Part shown: in pieces, positions 33,382 to 42,513 of the stretch | Position numbering within the stretch: position 1 is the first letter of the stretch | Layout of the letters: each line of letters opens with the position of its first letter | DNA from: an uncultured delta proteobacterium | GTDB taxonomy: Bacteria; Desulfobacterota; Binatia; DP-6 | Direction: 5' to 3' | DNA: 64,000 nucleotides | Assembly: GCA_963815115.1 (NCBI GenBank) | Contig: CAWFFN010000007.1 | Coordinates: 1,152,001 to 1,216,000, forward strand | Notes under the pieces: generated by a model | The model's database searches: none | Seen by the model: the letters and a program-made list of their open reading frames with translations, nothing else | Told to the model about the DNA's origin: nothing | Translations under genes and position numbers: made by a program

Positions 33382-34320
33382 CTAGTTGGCTGCGCCTTCG
33401 ATCAATACTTCCATCACGACCACGTCACCAGATCTGGTCGCGACGTCACACGTCCAGGCACTGGTGCCCGCTGCGAGCTTGGCGTGCGATGTCTCATGGG
33501 TGGCCTTGTTCAAGCACAGCACAACGCCCTTCCGCACGGTTATCCCACCGACTGCACCGCTGATCTTACACTTGCCCGCGCTGCCGGCATTGACGATGGC
33601 CTGAACGTCCGCGGCAGTGAGCGCACGGTTGTAGACGGCCAGGTCATCAACGCCACCAGCGAAGTACCGGATCCCGGTCTGGGAGCCGATCCGGAACTGG
33701 GTGGGGACCGCGGGACCGATGGTGGACGTGTTCGGCGTTTGGACGCCGTCGACGTAAAACATCGTCGTCCCGGATTCCCGTACCATCGCTACATGGTACC
33801 ACTGGTTGGCCGCGGGGAACGTGTAGCCGCTATCAAACCAGGCGATGCCGGGGAAGAGCCCCTGCAGATTGCTGCCCACGCCGCCGGTGCCATCCCCCAC
33901 TCCGAACGCATACCCATCACCAGTGACACCATCGTCCGCACCGTTGCTCACCGCAATGCCCAGCTGGGGGAGAGTCGCAGGGTTGATCCAAGCCTCCAGG
34001 GTCCAGTCGTCAGTGGCGGTGAGGGGGACGCTCTCGAAGGAGACGTAATCGTCTACCCCATCAAAACCAAACGCCTGACCGACCATGCCCGGGGCAAACG
34101 TCGCACCATTCAGCACCCCGTCATTGCCATTCTGAACGTCATTGGCACTTCCATCCCCTGGCCAAAGGCTCACGAGACCTGCAGGAGGGATGACACAGCC
34201 CTGCGCCGGCGCGGGGCGGGCGAGAGCGAAGGCAGCGAAGACAAGGAGAGCCACGACACCGAACCTCCGCGCCACGGCGCCTTGCTTGATAGCAGTCATG
34301 CCAGCCTCCAGTCTGCCCAT
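33382..34320 (-). CDS. Secreted LamG/concanavalin-like domain protein
   Basis: Signal peptide; GLVSLWPGDG, FGFDGVDDYV, WTLEAWINP, WYHVAMV, FAGGVDDLAVYNRALT. Confidence 0.9.
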   Translation of the reverse strand: MGRLEAGMTAIKQGAVARRFGVVALLVFAAFALARPAPAQGCVIPPAGLVSLWPGDGSANDVQNGNDGVLNGATFAPGMVGQAFGFDGVDDYVSFESVPLTATDDWTLEAWINPATLPQLGIAVSNGADDGVTGDGYAFGVGDGTGGVGSNLQGLFPGIAWFDSGYTFPAANQWYHVAMVRESGTTMFYVDGVQTPNTSTIGPAVPTQFRIGSQTGIRYFAGGVDDLAVYNRALTAADVQAIVNAGSAGKCKISGAVGGITVRKGVVLCLNKATHETSHAKLAAGTSAWTCDVATRSGDVVVMEVLIEGAAN

Positions 34321-34491
34321 TCTGGGCGCTGGCAGACAACAGAACGTTCAGGCTCTTATGGGTCAAGCGCCTGGCTGCGGAAGGCGCGGGGCCCGTGGGC
34401 GCGCCGGGCGGCTCGTCAGGACCGCGCCGGCGCACTCGCCGGCGCCCACATCGATGCTCGACGCGCTCGACCCGGCCAGCGAGATGCCGGG

Positions 34492-37400
34492 TCACAGCGT
34501 GGCGAGGATGGCGTCGACCTGCGTCGTCAGGATCTGGAGGCACTCGGCGGTCGTCGCGCCAGGCTTGTGTCGCCCGATCTTGCCGAGCGCCGTGCTCGCC
34601 TTGTCGAGCAGTCGCTGCTGCCGTTTCGGTTTGGTCGCCTGCGCGGCCTTCCGTACCAGGTCGAGGGCTCGCTGGAGCTTCCCGGTCGCGAACCCTTCCA
34701 GCTTGGGATCGATCGTGCCCGCCGGGCAGAGCGGCTCGGCGAGCGCCGCCGCGAGCAGGCACTCGGCGCCCTGGAGGCCAGCGGCGGCCACATGCTGGCA
34801 GCCGGCGGGGGTGCAGTCGTCCCCGGTACAGGCGTTGCCGTCATCGCAGTCCTCGTCTGCCTGACAGGCCGGCGACGAGGTGCTGGTGGTCGTGGACGCC
34901 GGCGTCGTCGTCGTGCTGGTGGTCGTGGACGCGGGCGTCGACGTCGTGCTGGTCGTCGTGGGAGGGTCCGGCGTGATCGTGGTGCTCGTCGTCGACGGGG
35001 GGACGGTCGTCGTGGTCGTCGTGGCTGCGCCGCAGGGACCGACATCATCCGGCACGAGCGCACGAATCGGGACGGCGGCGCTGTCGACACCGTCGAAGGT
35101 GACGATGAGCGTGTCGTCGAACGGCTCGTTCAGGACCACGACGCCTGCTCCGCTCGGCGCGGCACTCCCGGTCGCGAAGGTCAGGACGAGGTCTGGCTGC
35201 TCCGACAGGTCTCGTGCCACGCCGTCCTCGTAGTGTCCGGTGATCTCCAGCGACGTCGTGGTGCATGGTTGCAGGTGAACGACCGGTGGATAGACCGTGA
35301 TGCTGTTCAGCGCCGACGGAACGGTCACGTCGACGGTCACGCCGTCGCTCACGGCCACCAGCCTCCCGGAGGCGTCGAGGCCACCGGCGACCAGGTTCTG
35401 CAGCCCGATGGCCTTCTCGGGAACCTCGAGCTCGAAGTGTGCGTCCGGCCCGGTCTGCTCCGCCAGCACCATGTCGTCACCCGGCTGGCTCATGACGAGG
35501 AGGACCGTCGCGATGTCCGGGCTGCCAGTCACCTCGACGACGATCGACTCGCCGGGCGTGGCGGTGGTGCCGGACGCAGGGCTCGTGATCGAGATGCTCG
35601 TGGCGACCGCGCTGCTCGTCGCACCCGTGCTCCTCGCCGCCCCCAACCTTCTCGCGCCCGACAGCACGGAGCAGAACGACGGGGTCGCGTACGACAGCGG
35701 GGCGGGCGAGTAGCCGGCGCGCGTGAAGCTGCTCGAGTCGTCCGGCTCGTTGAGTAGCTCCTTCACCCGATCGATCACGTCGACGTTCGCGACCGGCCCC
35801 TTGATGAAGGGGTCCACCGCCATGTGCGGCTGGTTCGAAAAGCGCGACTCGAGCGACCCGCTGAGCCCGCCGTCCTGGCTGGTGGCGGAGACGATGAGGT
35901 CGTACTGGCTGGAGTCGAAGACGTCGTTCACGAACGAGACACCACAGGCCTGCGCCACCTTCGCGATGACGAACCCTGCCGAGCCACCGGCAAGGCCGAA
36001 AGGGGACAGGTCCGGGAGACCGGCCAGGTCGACGACGGTGGCCACGGCGTGCACGGCGACATCGGTGGGATGCACGCCGAGGTTCAGGGAGTCGGTGGTC
36101 GCGGGGCTCGTGACCTGCATGTCCTCGACGGCACCGTTGTGGCATCCGCGATCTGGCTGCCCCGTGGCGCTCAGCGCGATCGAGAGCATGTTGCAGACGA
36201 GGCCCGGCGGGTCGAAGGTGCGGTCGAGGATCAGGTTGGCCATGTGCGATCCTGCGTGCGGCGTGTTGGAGGTGATGAGCCGGCGCACCTCGTGCTCGTA
36301 GCCGGGATCCTGGAGGTAGAGCCGGCCGAGGACCCCACCCATGCTGTGCGCGACCAGGTCCACCTTCCCGGCCGCGAGCCCTGCCTCGGCACAGTCCTGG
36401 ATGGCCGTGCGAATGGCAACGGGGATGATCGGGCGGTTGAAGGCGAACGAGGCATCGTTGGAACGGCCGTAGTCGAGGCGGAAGAGCTGGAACGGCTCGT
36501 AGTTCGATCCCGCGAGCGTCTGCTCCATGTCCGCGAAGGCGCTCGCGTCGCTCCACAGGCCGTGGATCATCAGCACGGGTGTCCGGTAGACACGAACCTC
36601 GAGGATGTCCCCGAGCCGTTCACCGGCACCGGGGTTTCGCTGGTCGAGGTAGAAGATCCCGATCCTGATCACGCGGAACTTGTCGTTCATGTCCGGCGGC
36701 GTCGTCGGGTGCGTGTAGTTGAAACGGACGAAGTCGGAGCGGCGATCGGTCGCGAGCACCGAGCCGTAGAAGTCGGGATCGGGGTTCGCGATCGGCTGAA
36801 AGGCGTCGTCGAGAAAGTGCGGGGTCGGGTCGGTGAGCGTGGTCTGGCAGGAGCCCTCGACGACCCGGGTGACGTCGAAGATCGACGACTGCGTTCCGTC
36901 GGCGGCAACCTGGAAGGTCGGACGGGGGAACTCGACGGCCGCACAACCATCCTGGAGCAGGCGCTCATGGTTGAACAGGGGGTGGTTCTCGATGCGGAAC
37001 CGATGCTGGATGCGATCGTGGATGCAGGATCCGCACGCCGGGTCCTCCTCCGGGGGGATGGGCGGCAGGGTGCTCGTCGTCGTGGAGGGGCTCGGTGTGG
37101 TCGTCTGTGTGGGGCCGAGCGTCGTCGTGGTGCTCGTCGTGGTCGTCGACGTCGTGCTGCTGGTGCTGGTGGTCGAGGGTGGAGACGTCGTCGTGGTCGT
37201 CACTCCGACGGGGCAGAAGCTGAGGTTGTCTGGTTCTATGACGAGGAGCGGAACCGGCGCGCTCTCGATGCCGTCGAGGGTGACGGTGAGCGTGTCGTCG
37301 AGTCCCACGTTGTCCACCACGGTGTGCGTTCCGGCCCGCTGGGCGTTGCCCTCTGCGAAGATGAAGGTCAGGCCGAACTCCAACGACAGGTCGCGCGCCG

Positions 37401-37581
37401 AGCCGTCGTCGAAGTGCCCGACGATGTCGAGCACCACCACCTCGCACCGTCGCAGGTGGACGGTTGGGGGATCGACCGTGATGCTCTCCAGCGCCGAGGC
37501 GCCAGCGAGCGAGCGGAAGGAAACGAGCAGGAGCGCCGCAGCGATGATGGCGACCATCCACGGGGTCGAGCGATGAATCAT
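34492..37581 (-). CDS. Large secreted modular alpha/beta hydrolase (PGAP1/lipase-like) with duplicated Ig-like domains and Thr-rich linkers
   Basis: PVLMIHGLWS, VAHSMGG nucleophile elbow, SNTPHAGS; two homologous SITV.PP.VHL..C domains; CDDGNACT repeat. Confidence 0.85.
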   Translation of the reverse strand: MIHRSTPWMVAIIAAALLLVSFRSLAGASALESITVDPPTVHLRRCEVVVLDIVGHFDDGSARDLSLEFGLTFIFAEGNAQRAGTHTVVDNVGLDDTLTVTLDGIESAPVPLLVIEPDNLSFCPVGVTTTTTSPPSTTSTSSTTSTTTTSTTTTLGPTQTTTPSPSTTTSTLPPIPPEEDPACGSCIHDRIQHRFRIENHPLFNHERLLQDGCAAVEFPRPTFQVAADGTQSSIFDVTRVVEGSCQTTLTDPTPHFLDDAFQPIANPDPDFYGSVLATDRRSDFVRFNYTHPTTPPDMNDKFRVIRIGIFYLDQRNPGAGERLGDILEVRVYRTPVLMIHGLWSDASAFADMEQTLAGSNYEPFQLFRLDYGRSNDASFAFNRPIIPVAIRTAIQDCAEAGLAAGKVDLVAHSMGGVLGRLYLQDPGYEHEVRRLITSNTPHAGSHMANLILDRTFDPPGLVCNMLSIALSATGQPDRGCHNGAVEDMQVTSPATTDSLNLGVHPTDVAVHAVATVVDLAGLPDLSPFGLAGGSAGFVIAKVAQACGVSFVNDVFDSSQYDLIVSATSQDGGLSGSLESRFSNQPHMAVDPFIKGPVANVDVIDRVKELLNEPDDSSSFTRAGYSPAPLSYATPSFCSVLSGARRLGAARSTGATSSAVATSISITSPASGTTATPGESIVVEVTGSPDIATVLLVMSQPGDDMVLAEQTGPDAHFELEVPEKAIGLQNLVAGGLDASGRLVAVSDGVTVDVTVPSALNSITVYPPVVHLQPCTTTSLEITGHYEDGVARDLSEQPDLVLTFATGSAAPSGAGVVVLNEPFDDTLIVTFDGVDSAAVPIRALVPDDVGPCGAATTTTTTVPPSTTSTTITPDPPTTTSTTSTPASTTTSTTTTPASTTTSTSSPACQADEDCDDGNACTGDDCTPAGCQHVAAAGLQGAECLLAAALAEPLCPAGTIDPKLEGFATGKLQRALDLVRKAAQATKPKRQQRLLDKASTALGKIGRHKPGATTAECLQILTTQVDAILATL

Positions 37582-37829
37582 GGGGCAACGCCAACGCAAG
37601 CCGCATGCCCGGCCACGGGGGCGGAAAAAGCCCAACGAAAACGCCGGAGCTCGCCCGCGGCATGCCGTCGAAGCCGCAGCGGGATGGTGCCGCCGGCAAC
37701 CTCTTGTTGCCGCACCGACCGGGCCGCCGAGGGCTAGCTGCCGCGAGGGCCGGCTAGCAGCGGCCGCCGTGTCCCGGCGTGGTCGCCGCCACGCCGGGGA
37801 GGTGACTTGCTTGGCGGTCGTTCAGGCGG

Positions 37830-38210
37830 TCATTTGACCGGAACCAGCACCGGAGCTCCCTTGTCCTTCACCAAGAGCACCAGGAATTTCGCCGGCTTGG
37901 TGCTACTCGCGTTCCGACCGACGACATGGACGTCGTCCGGGCCCTCGTAAAACGTCTGTCCTGGCGTCAGCGTCGTTTCTTTTCCGCCCTTGACCTGCAT
38001 CACGACGGAGCCCTCCAGGACGTAGATGAACCCATGTGCGTTGTGCCGGTGGACGGGGTCGGACCCGCCGGGGGGATACTCCACCGTGATCATCAGACCT
38101 TCCTTGCCGGGAAGGTCCGTCAGGTCTTTCGACAGGAGCGAGGTGACGCTAGGCTCCTGGGCCATCAACGCGCCGGGTACGAGACAGAGCAGCAGCAATA
38201 GTCCTTTCAC
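37830..38210 (-). CDS. Cupin domain protein with signal peptide
   Basis: PPGGSDPVHRHNAH.FIYVLEG...PGQTFYEGPDDVH. Confidence 0.92.
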   Translation of the reverse strand: MKGLLLLLCLVPGALMAQEPSVTSLLSKDLTDLPGKEGLMITVEYPPGGSDPVHRHNAHGFIYVLEGSVVMQVKGGKETTLTPGQTFYEGPDDVHVVGRNASSTKPAKFLVLLVKDKGAPVLVPVK

Positions 38211-38968
38211 GGTTTGCCTCCTGGTCTTGGCCGGCTGAGCCAGTCCGCGAAACGTGTCGGGCCGAGGCGCGGGTGATCGCCGGGGGTGAGGCTTTGATCG
38301 TTCACCGTGATGCCGAAGTAGAGCGCCTTGGGATCGGTGATCACCGTCCGTGCGTCCCCGGTTGCTTTCAGGAATTGCCGCACGAGGTCGTCTTGCCGAA
38401 TCGGTTCGGGACCGGCCAGATCGAACGTGCCGTTCAACGGCTCGGCGAGGGCCACATCGGCCATGGCGGCGGCGACGTCATCCGACGCAATGGGCTGCAT
38501 CAGAGCCGGTGGAAGCCGAACCGTCTGCCCTTCAGTCGCCGATTGGGCGATGCCGCCCACGAAGTCGAAGAACTGCGTAGCACGCACGATCGTGTAAGGA
38601 ATCGGGGAAGCCTTGATCAGTTTTTCCTGGGCCAGCTTCGCGCGGAAGTAACCACTCGCGAGCAGGCGTTCGGTGCCGACGACCGACAACGCCACATGAT
38701 GGCCGACGCCCGCGGCAGCTTCCGCGGCGAGGAGGGTGCGACCTGACGTCTCAAAGAACGCCAGGACTGCGTCGTCCTCCCACGAAGGCGCATTCGCGAC
38801 ATCGACGACCACCTGAGCGCCGGCGAGCGCTGGCGCCAGTCCCTCGCCAGTGACGGTGTTGACACCCGATGCCGGTGATGCCGCCACCACCTCATGGCCG
38901 TGCTGACGAAGGTTCATCACGACCTTTGTCCCAATGAGCCCGCTTCCGCCGATGACCACGATTTTCAT
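38207..38968 (-). CDS. NmrA-like/atypical SDR oxidoreductase
   Basis: MKIVVIGGSGLIG, YFRAKLAQE, IVRATQFF; coupled to the cupin gene. Confidence 0.92.
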   Translation of the reverse strand: MKIVVIGGSGLIGTKVVMNLRQHGHEVVAASPASGVNTVTGEGLAPALAGAQVVVDVANAPSWEDDAVLAFFETSGRTLLAAEAAAGVGHHVALSVVGTERLLASGYFRAKLAQEKLIKASPIPYTIVRATQFFDFVGGIAQSATEGQTVRLPPALMQPIASDDVAAAMADVALAEPLNGTFDLAGPEPIRQDDLVRQFLKATGDARTVITDPKALYFGITVNDQSLTPGDHPRLGPTRFADWLSRPRPGGKP

Positions 38969-39351
38969 CGTTGCCCCCTTTCGTTCGTCCCCCGAAGCCC
39001 CCACCGTGCCGATCGGTTGTCGTGTACCGTCCTGTGACACGGTCCTCCTCGACGCCCAGCGCCATCCCCGGCAGCCGATGCTGGATCAGAAACGGAGGGC
39101 GCTGCAAGTGGCGGCGGGGCGATCGATCAGCCGAGTGCAGGATGACGAGTACGGCGAACCAGGTGGCCCCCGCGGGATGCGCGCGACGTCGCGTCGGGGT
39201 GGGTGAAGCATCACCGTCGCCAGTACGCGGATCCGCGCCACGCCGGTCCGGCGCGCGGAAGCAGGTCCGGGCACGGGTTGATTGGCGGGCGTCCTGTTCG
39301 GAGGTGACCCGTGCCCATACGGCATGCTGATGCCGGGCGCCGATACTGTTA

Positions 39352-39382
39352 GCGGAGGGGGGGAGATTCGAACTTCGAGGGG
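39352..39382 (-). other. Degenerate tRNA 3'-half-like sequence (possible att scar)
   Basis: Minus strand GAAGTTCGAATCTCCCCCCCTCCGC resembles the T-loop and acceptor arm of tRNA-Ser; no 5' half. Confidence 0.3.
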
Positions 39383-39654
39383 AGCAGGAGGGCGCCCAAC
39401 CCCATAGCAGCGTAACTCCGGAGACTTCCGAACGGAACGAGGCCAAATCGGGGCGGCGGCCCAATCCCAAAACGGCCCGCCGGAACCCAACTTGACCCAG
39501 AAAAGCGGGAACGGTTCCCGACTCCGGCAACTACGAGGCGACCAAGGACACGTTCGAAGGGTTGAACCAGACCGGCTGCCCGCTCAACTGAACGTTCGGT
39601 GCGGCGCCACGTCGAGGGGTCGGGCGGTAGCCGCCTGGCCCCCCGACGGTGTGG

Positions 39655-40040
39655 CTGTTCATCGGGAACCACGTGGTTGATCAGTCCGAGCTCGTAGGCG
39701 CGCTTCGCGGGCAGGTCCTCGCCGCAGATGAGCATCTCGGCGCCACCGCGTAGCCGATCTGCGGCAACTGCCTGGACGACGACGGGAACGGGCTGATCGA
39801 CGCCGAGGATCCGGCGTGCTGCAGCACGGTCCAGCCCTCAGCGTCACGCAGCGTGTCGAACGCCGGGACCGCGGTCGCCGACGGATAGCCGAAGACTTGG
39901 CCATCGTCGTGCAGCGCCTCCGCGAGCGACCCGCGGAAGCTCGCCTCGTCGACGAGGATGATCGTGACGGTCTGCTTGCGCGTGGCGAGGTCGAGACCGG
40001 TGCCGTGGGGCTTCGTCGTCTCGAAGAGAATGAACAGGTA
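39655..40040. pseudogene. Cluster of short gene fragments (enoyl-CoA hydratase, Cys-rich repeat, receiver domain, HATPase)
   Basis: Minus strand MLICGEDLPAKRAYELGLINHVVP; plus strand ICGNCLDDDGNGLIDAEDPACC; minus strand FETTKPHGTGLDL and TIILVDEASFRGSLAEAL. Confidence 0.55.
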
Positions 40041-40254
40041 GCGACACTCTGGCGTTCGCCCGGGCACCCGCCATCAGGAATGGTTGCGATGCGCCAGGGC
40101 GGTGCGTAGCATTCCCGCGCATGCTCGCTCATCCCAGGGCGAGGCACCCTGCTCCTCGCGTGCCATGCGATCGATCGGGGCTTCGGATCGCCCTGGCGAC
40201 ACTCTGGCACACCACGGCGATCGGCACCGACGCGGGTGCAGCGGTGCCGAGCTG

Positions 40255-41565
40255 ATGGCCGAGAACGACGCCGTCCACGTGCTGACCGAGCAGGACCTGA
40301 ATCGGCTCCAGCTGACTACGCTGCAGTACTACCTCCACGAGGCCAACCCGGAGAACGGTCTCATCCGCGACAAGACGGAGAAGGGCGCGCCGGCCAGCAT
40401 CGCGGCGGTCGGCCTGGCGTTGGCCTCCCTTCCGATCCTCGTCGAGCGAGGCGTGGTCTCACGGGAATTCGCGCCAGCGATCGCCCTGCGAAGACTCCGA
40501 TTCTTCCGCGACAGCCCGCACGGACCCGAGCCGGACGCGACCGGCTACCAGGGCTTCTACTATCACTTCCTCGACATGAAGACCGGTCGGCGCGTGTGGA
40601 GCTGCGAGCTGTCGACCATCGACTCGGCCTTCCTCTTCGCGGGCATGCTCACCTGTGCTGCCTACTTCGACGGGGACAGCGAGGAGGAGACGGAGGTACG
40701 ACGTCTGGCCGACGCCCTCTTCCGTCGAGCCGACTGGCGCTGGGCCCTGAACGGTGGGCCTGCGGTCTCCCATGGCTGGCGCCCCGAGGATGGCTTCATC
40801 CCGTACTGTTGGAAGGGCTACGACGAGGCCCTGCTGGTGTACATCCTCGGGCTCGGCTCGCCGAGCTTCCCGCTGCCGGAAGAGAGCTATCGAGCATACA
40901 CGTCGACCTACCAATGGAGAGAAATCCAGGGGCGGGAGGTCCTCTACTCCGGCCCCCTGTTCACGCACCAGCTCTCTCACCTTTGGATCGATTTCCGGGG
41001 TATTCGCGACACCTTCATGCGGGAGCGCGGCACGGACTATTTCGAGAACAGCCGTCAGGCGACCTACGTGCATCGGGAGTATGCAGTCCGCAACCCGCAC
41101 GGCTTCGTCGGCTACGGGGAGCACTGCTGGGGAATCACGGCCTCGGATGGCCCGGGCTGGACGACGCGGACGGTGGGAGGGGTCGAACGCCAGTTCTTCG
41201 ACTACATCGCCCGGGGAGCGCCCGACGGCCCCGACGACGGAACGCTCGCGCCCTGGGTCGTACTGGCCTCGCTCCCCTTCACGCCGGAGATCGTGATCCC
41301 GACCATCGACCACATGGCGCAGCTGAACGTCGGGGTGAGCAGCCGCTATGGTTTCAAGCCCTCCTTCAACCAGACCTACGTAGTGGCGGAGAGCCCGACA
41401 GGCTGGTGGGTCACTCCCCACCACTTCGGCATCGACCAGGGCCCCGTGATCCTGATGATCGAGAATTACCGCACGGGCTTGATCTGGAACATCATGCGCC
41501 GATCGCCCTACATCGCGGCGGGATTGCGACGGGCCGGGTTCCGGGGCGGCTGGCTGGAGCCGTAG
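40255..41565 (+). CDS. Glucoamylase-like (DUF3131/GH144) endo-beta-1,2-glucanase family protein
   Basis: ASIAAVG, GFYYHFLDM, ELSTIDSA, GPLFTHQLSHLWIDFRGI, WGITASDGP, GIDQGP.ILMIENYR. Confidence 0.9.
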   Translation: MAENDAVHVLTEQDLNRLQLTTLQYYLHEANPENGLIRDKTEKGAPASIAAVGLALASLPILVERGVVSREFAPAIALRRLRFFRDSPHGPEPDATGYQGFYYHFLDMKTGRRVWSCELSTIDSAFLFAGMLTCAAYFDGDSEEETEVRRLADALFRRADWRWALNGGPAVSHGWRPEDGFIPYCWKGYDEALLVYILGLGSPSFPLPEESYRAYTSTYQWREIQGREVLYSGPLFTHQLSHLWIDFRGIRDTFMRERGTDYFENSRQATYVHREYAVRNPHGFVGYGEHCWGITASDGPGWTTRTVGGVERQFFDYIARGAPDGPDDGTLAPWVVLASLPFTPEIVIPTIDHMAQLNVGVSSRYGFKPSFNQTYVVAESPTGWWVTPHHFGIDQGPVILMIENYRTGLIWNIMRRSPYIAAGLRRAGFRGGWLEP

Positions 41566-41605
41566 CTCGCCGCCGTCGGTCGGAGCCCGCTGGAGGGATG
41601 CGCAC

Positions 41606-42322
41606 ATGACAGATGCGACGGAATCGGCGCCCCGTGGGCCCTTCTCCCTGCTCGGCAAGGTCGAGGGCGCCGAGAAGGCGTTCCTCGCCGGGCGCCGCAA
41701 TCGCGAGGCGGATCTGGAGAGTGCGGTGGGCTTCTTCCTCGAGTTCCTGCGTGGCTTCGAGAGCTTCGATTTCGACGGGCCCTGCGTCACCGTGTTCGGC
41801 TCCGCGCGCTTCGCCGACGGCCATCCCTACTACCGGCTCGCGCGAGACCTCGGCGCAGCCCTGGCGACGGCGGGCTACGCCGTCATGACCGGCGGCGGTC
41901 CGGGAATCATGGAGGCCGCGAATCGCGGCGCCCGTGAGGCGGGGGGCGTGAGCCTCGGCTGCAACATCCGGCTCCCCATGGAACAGAAGCCGAATCCCTA
42001 TCTCGACTGCTTCATCGAGTTCGAGCACTTCTTCGTGCGCAAGGTGATGTTGGTCAAGTACTCGACCGCCTTCGTGGTGATGCCCGGCGGCTTCGGCACC
42101 CTCGACGAGGCGTTCGAGGTCATCACGTTGATGCAGACGGGCAAGCTGCGGTCCTTCCCGCTGGTGGGCATGGGCGGCGACTTCTGGGCGCACCTGCGGA
42201 GCTTCGGCCTCGAGACGATGGTCGCCGAGGGCGTGATCAGCCCGCAGGACACGGATCTGATCCAGCGTGCCGACAGCGTCGAAGACGCGATCCGGATCAT
42301 CCAGAGCCGCCCGGCCCCCTAG
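41606..42322 (+). CDS. LOG family protein (TIGR00730)
   Basis: VTVFGSAR, TGGGPGIMEAANRGA, FFVRKVML, PGGFGTLDE. Confidence 0.95.
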   Translation: MTDATESAPRGPFSLLGKVEGAEKAFLAGRRNREADLESAVGFFLEFLRGFESFDFDGPCVTVFGSARFADGHPYYRLARDLGAALATAGYAVMTGGGPGIMEAANRGAREAGGVSLGCNIRLPMEQKPNPYLDCFIEFEHFFVRKVMLVKYSTAFVVMPGGFGTLDEAFEVITLMQTGKLRSFPLVGMGGDFWAHLRSFGLETMVAEGVISPQDTDLIQRADSVEDAIRIIQSRPAP

Positions 42323-42513
42323 ACTTCCCCTAGACTCGAGCGCGATGGCCTCAGGCCGCGCGGAGCACGGCGTTCGCGGCGTCGAGGAATCCGCGATCGT
42401 GAGGACGGGCGCTGAATGCGAGAGTCTTCACGCTTCGCTCGCACCTGCCTGGCCGGTGCACTTTACAAGCGCGACCCGGCGCTGGCATCGTCGGCGCCTT
42501 CTCCGTCCGAGGG

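Noticed and set aside
34870-35030. Repetitive GTCGTG/GTGGTC tracts (also 37070-37200) as a possible CRISPR or other array
   Set aside because: They encode Thr/Ser linkers; there is no repeat-spacer structure, and no CRISPR array was seen in the window
26535-37581. Cyclase, peroxidase, LamG protein and lipase as additional eCIS cargo
   Set aside because: They lack the CAC/CxxC leader or DUF4157, most have Sec signal peptides, and they are outside the coupled operon
39340-39430. Functional tRNA gene
   Set aside because: Only a degenerate 3' arm, with no D-arm, anticodon arm or CCA
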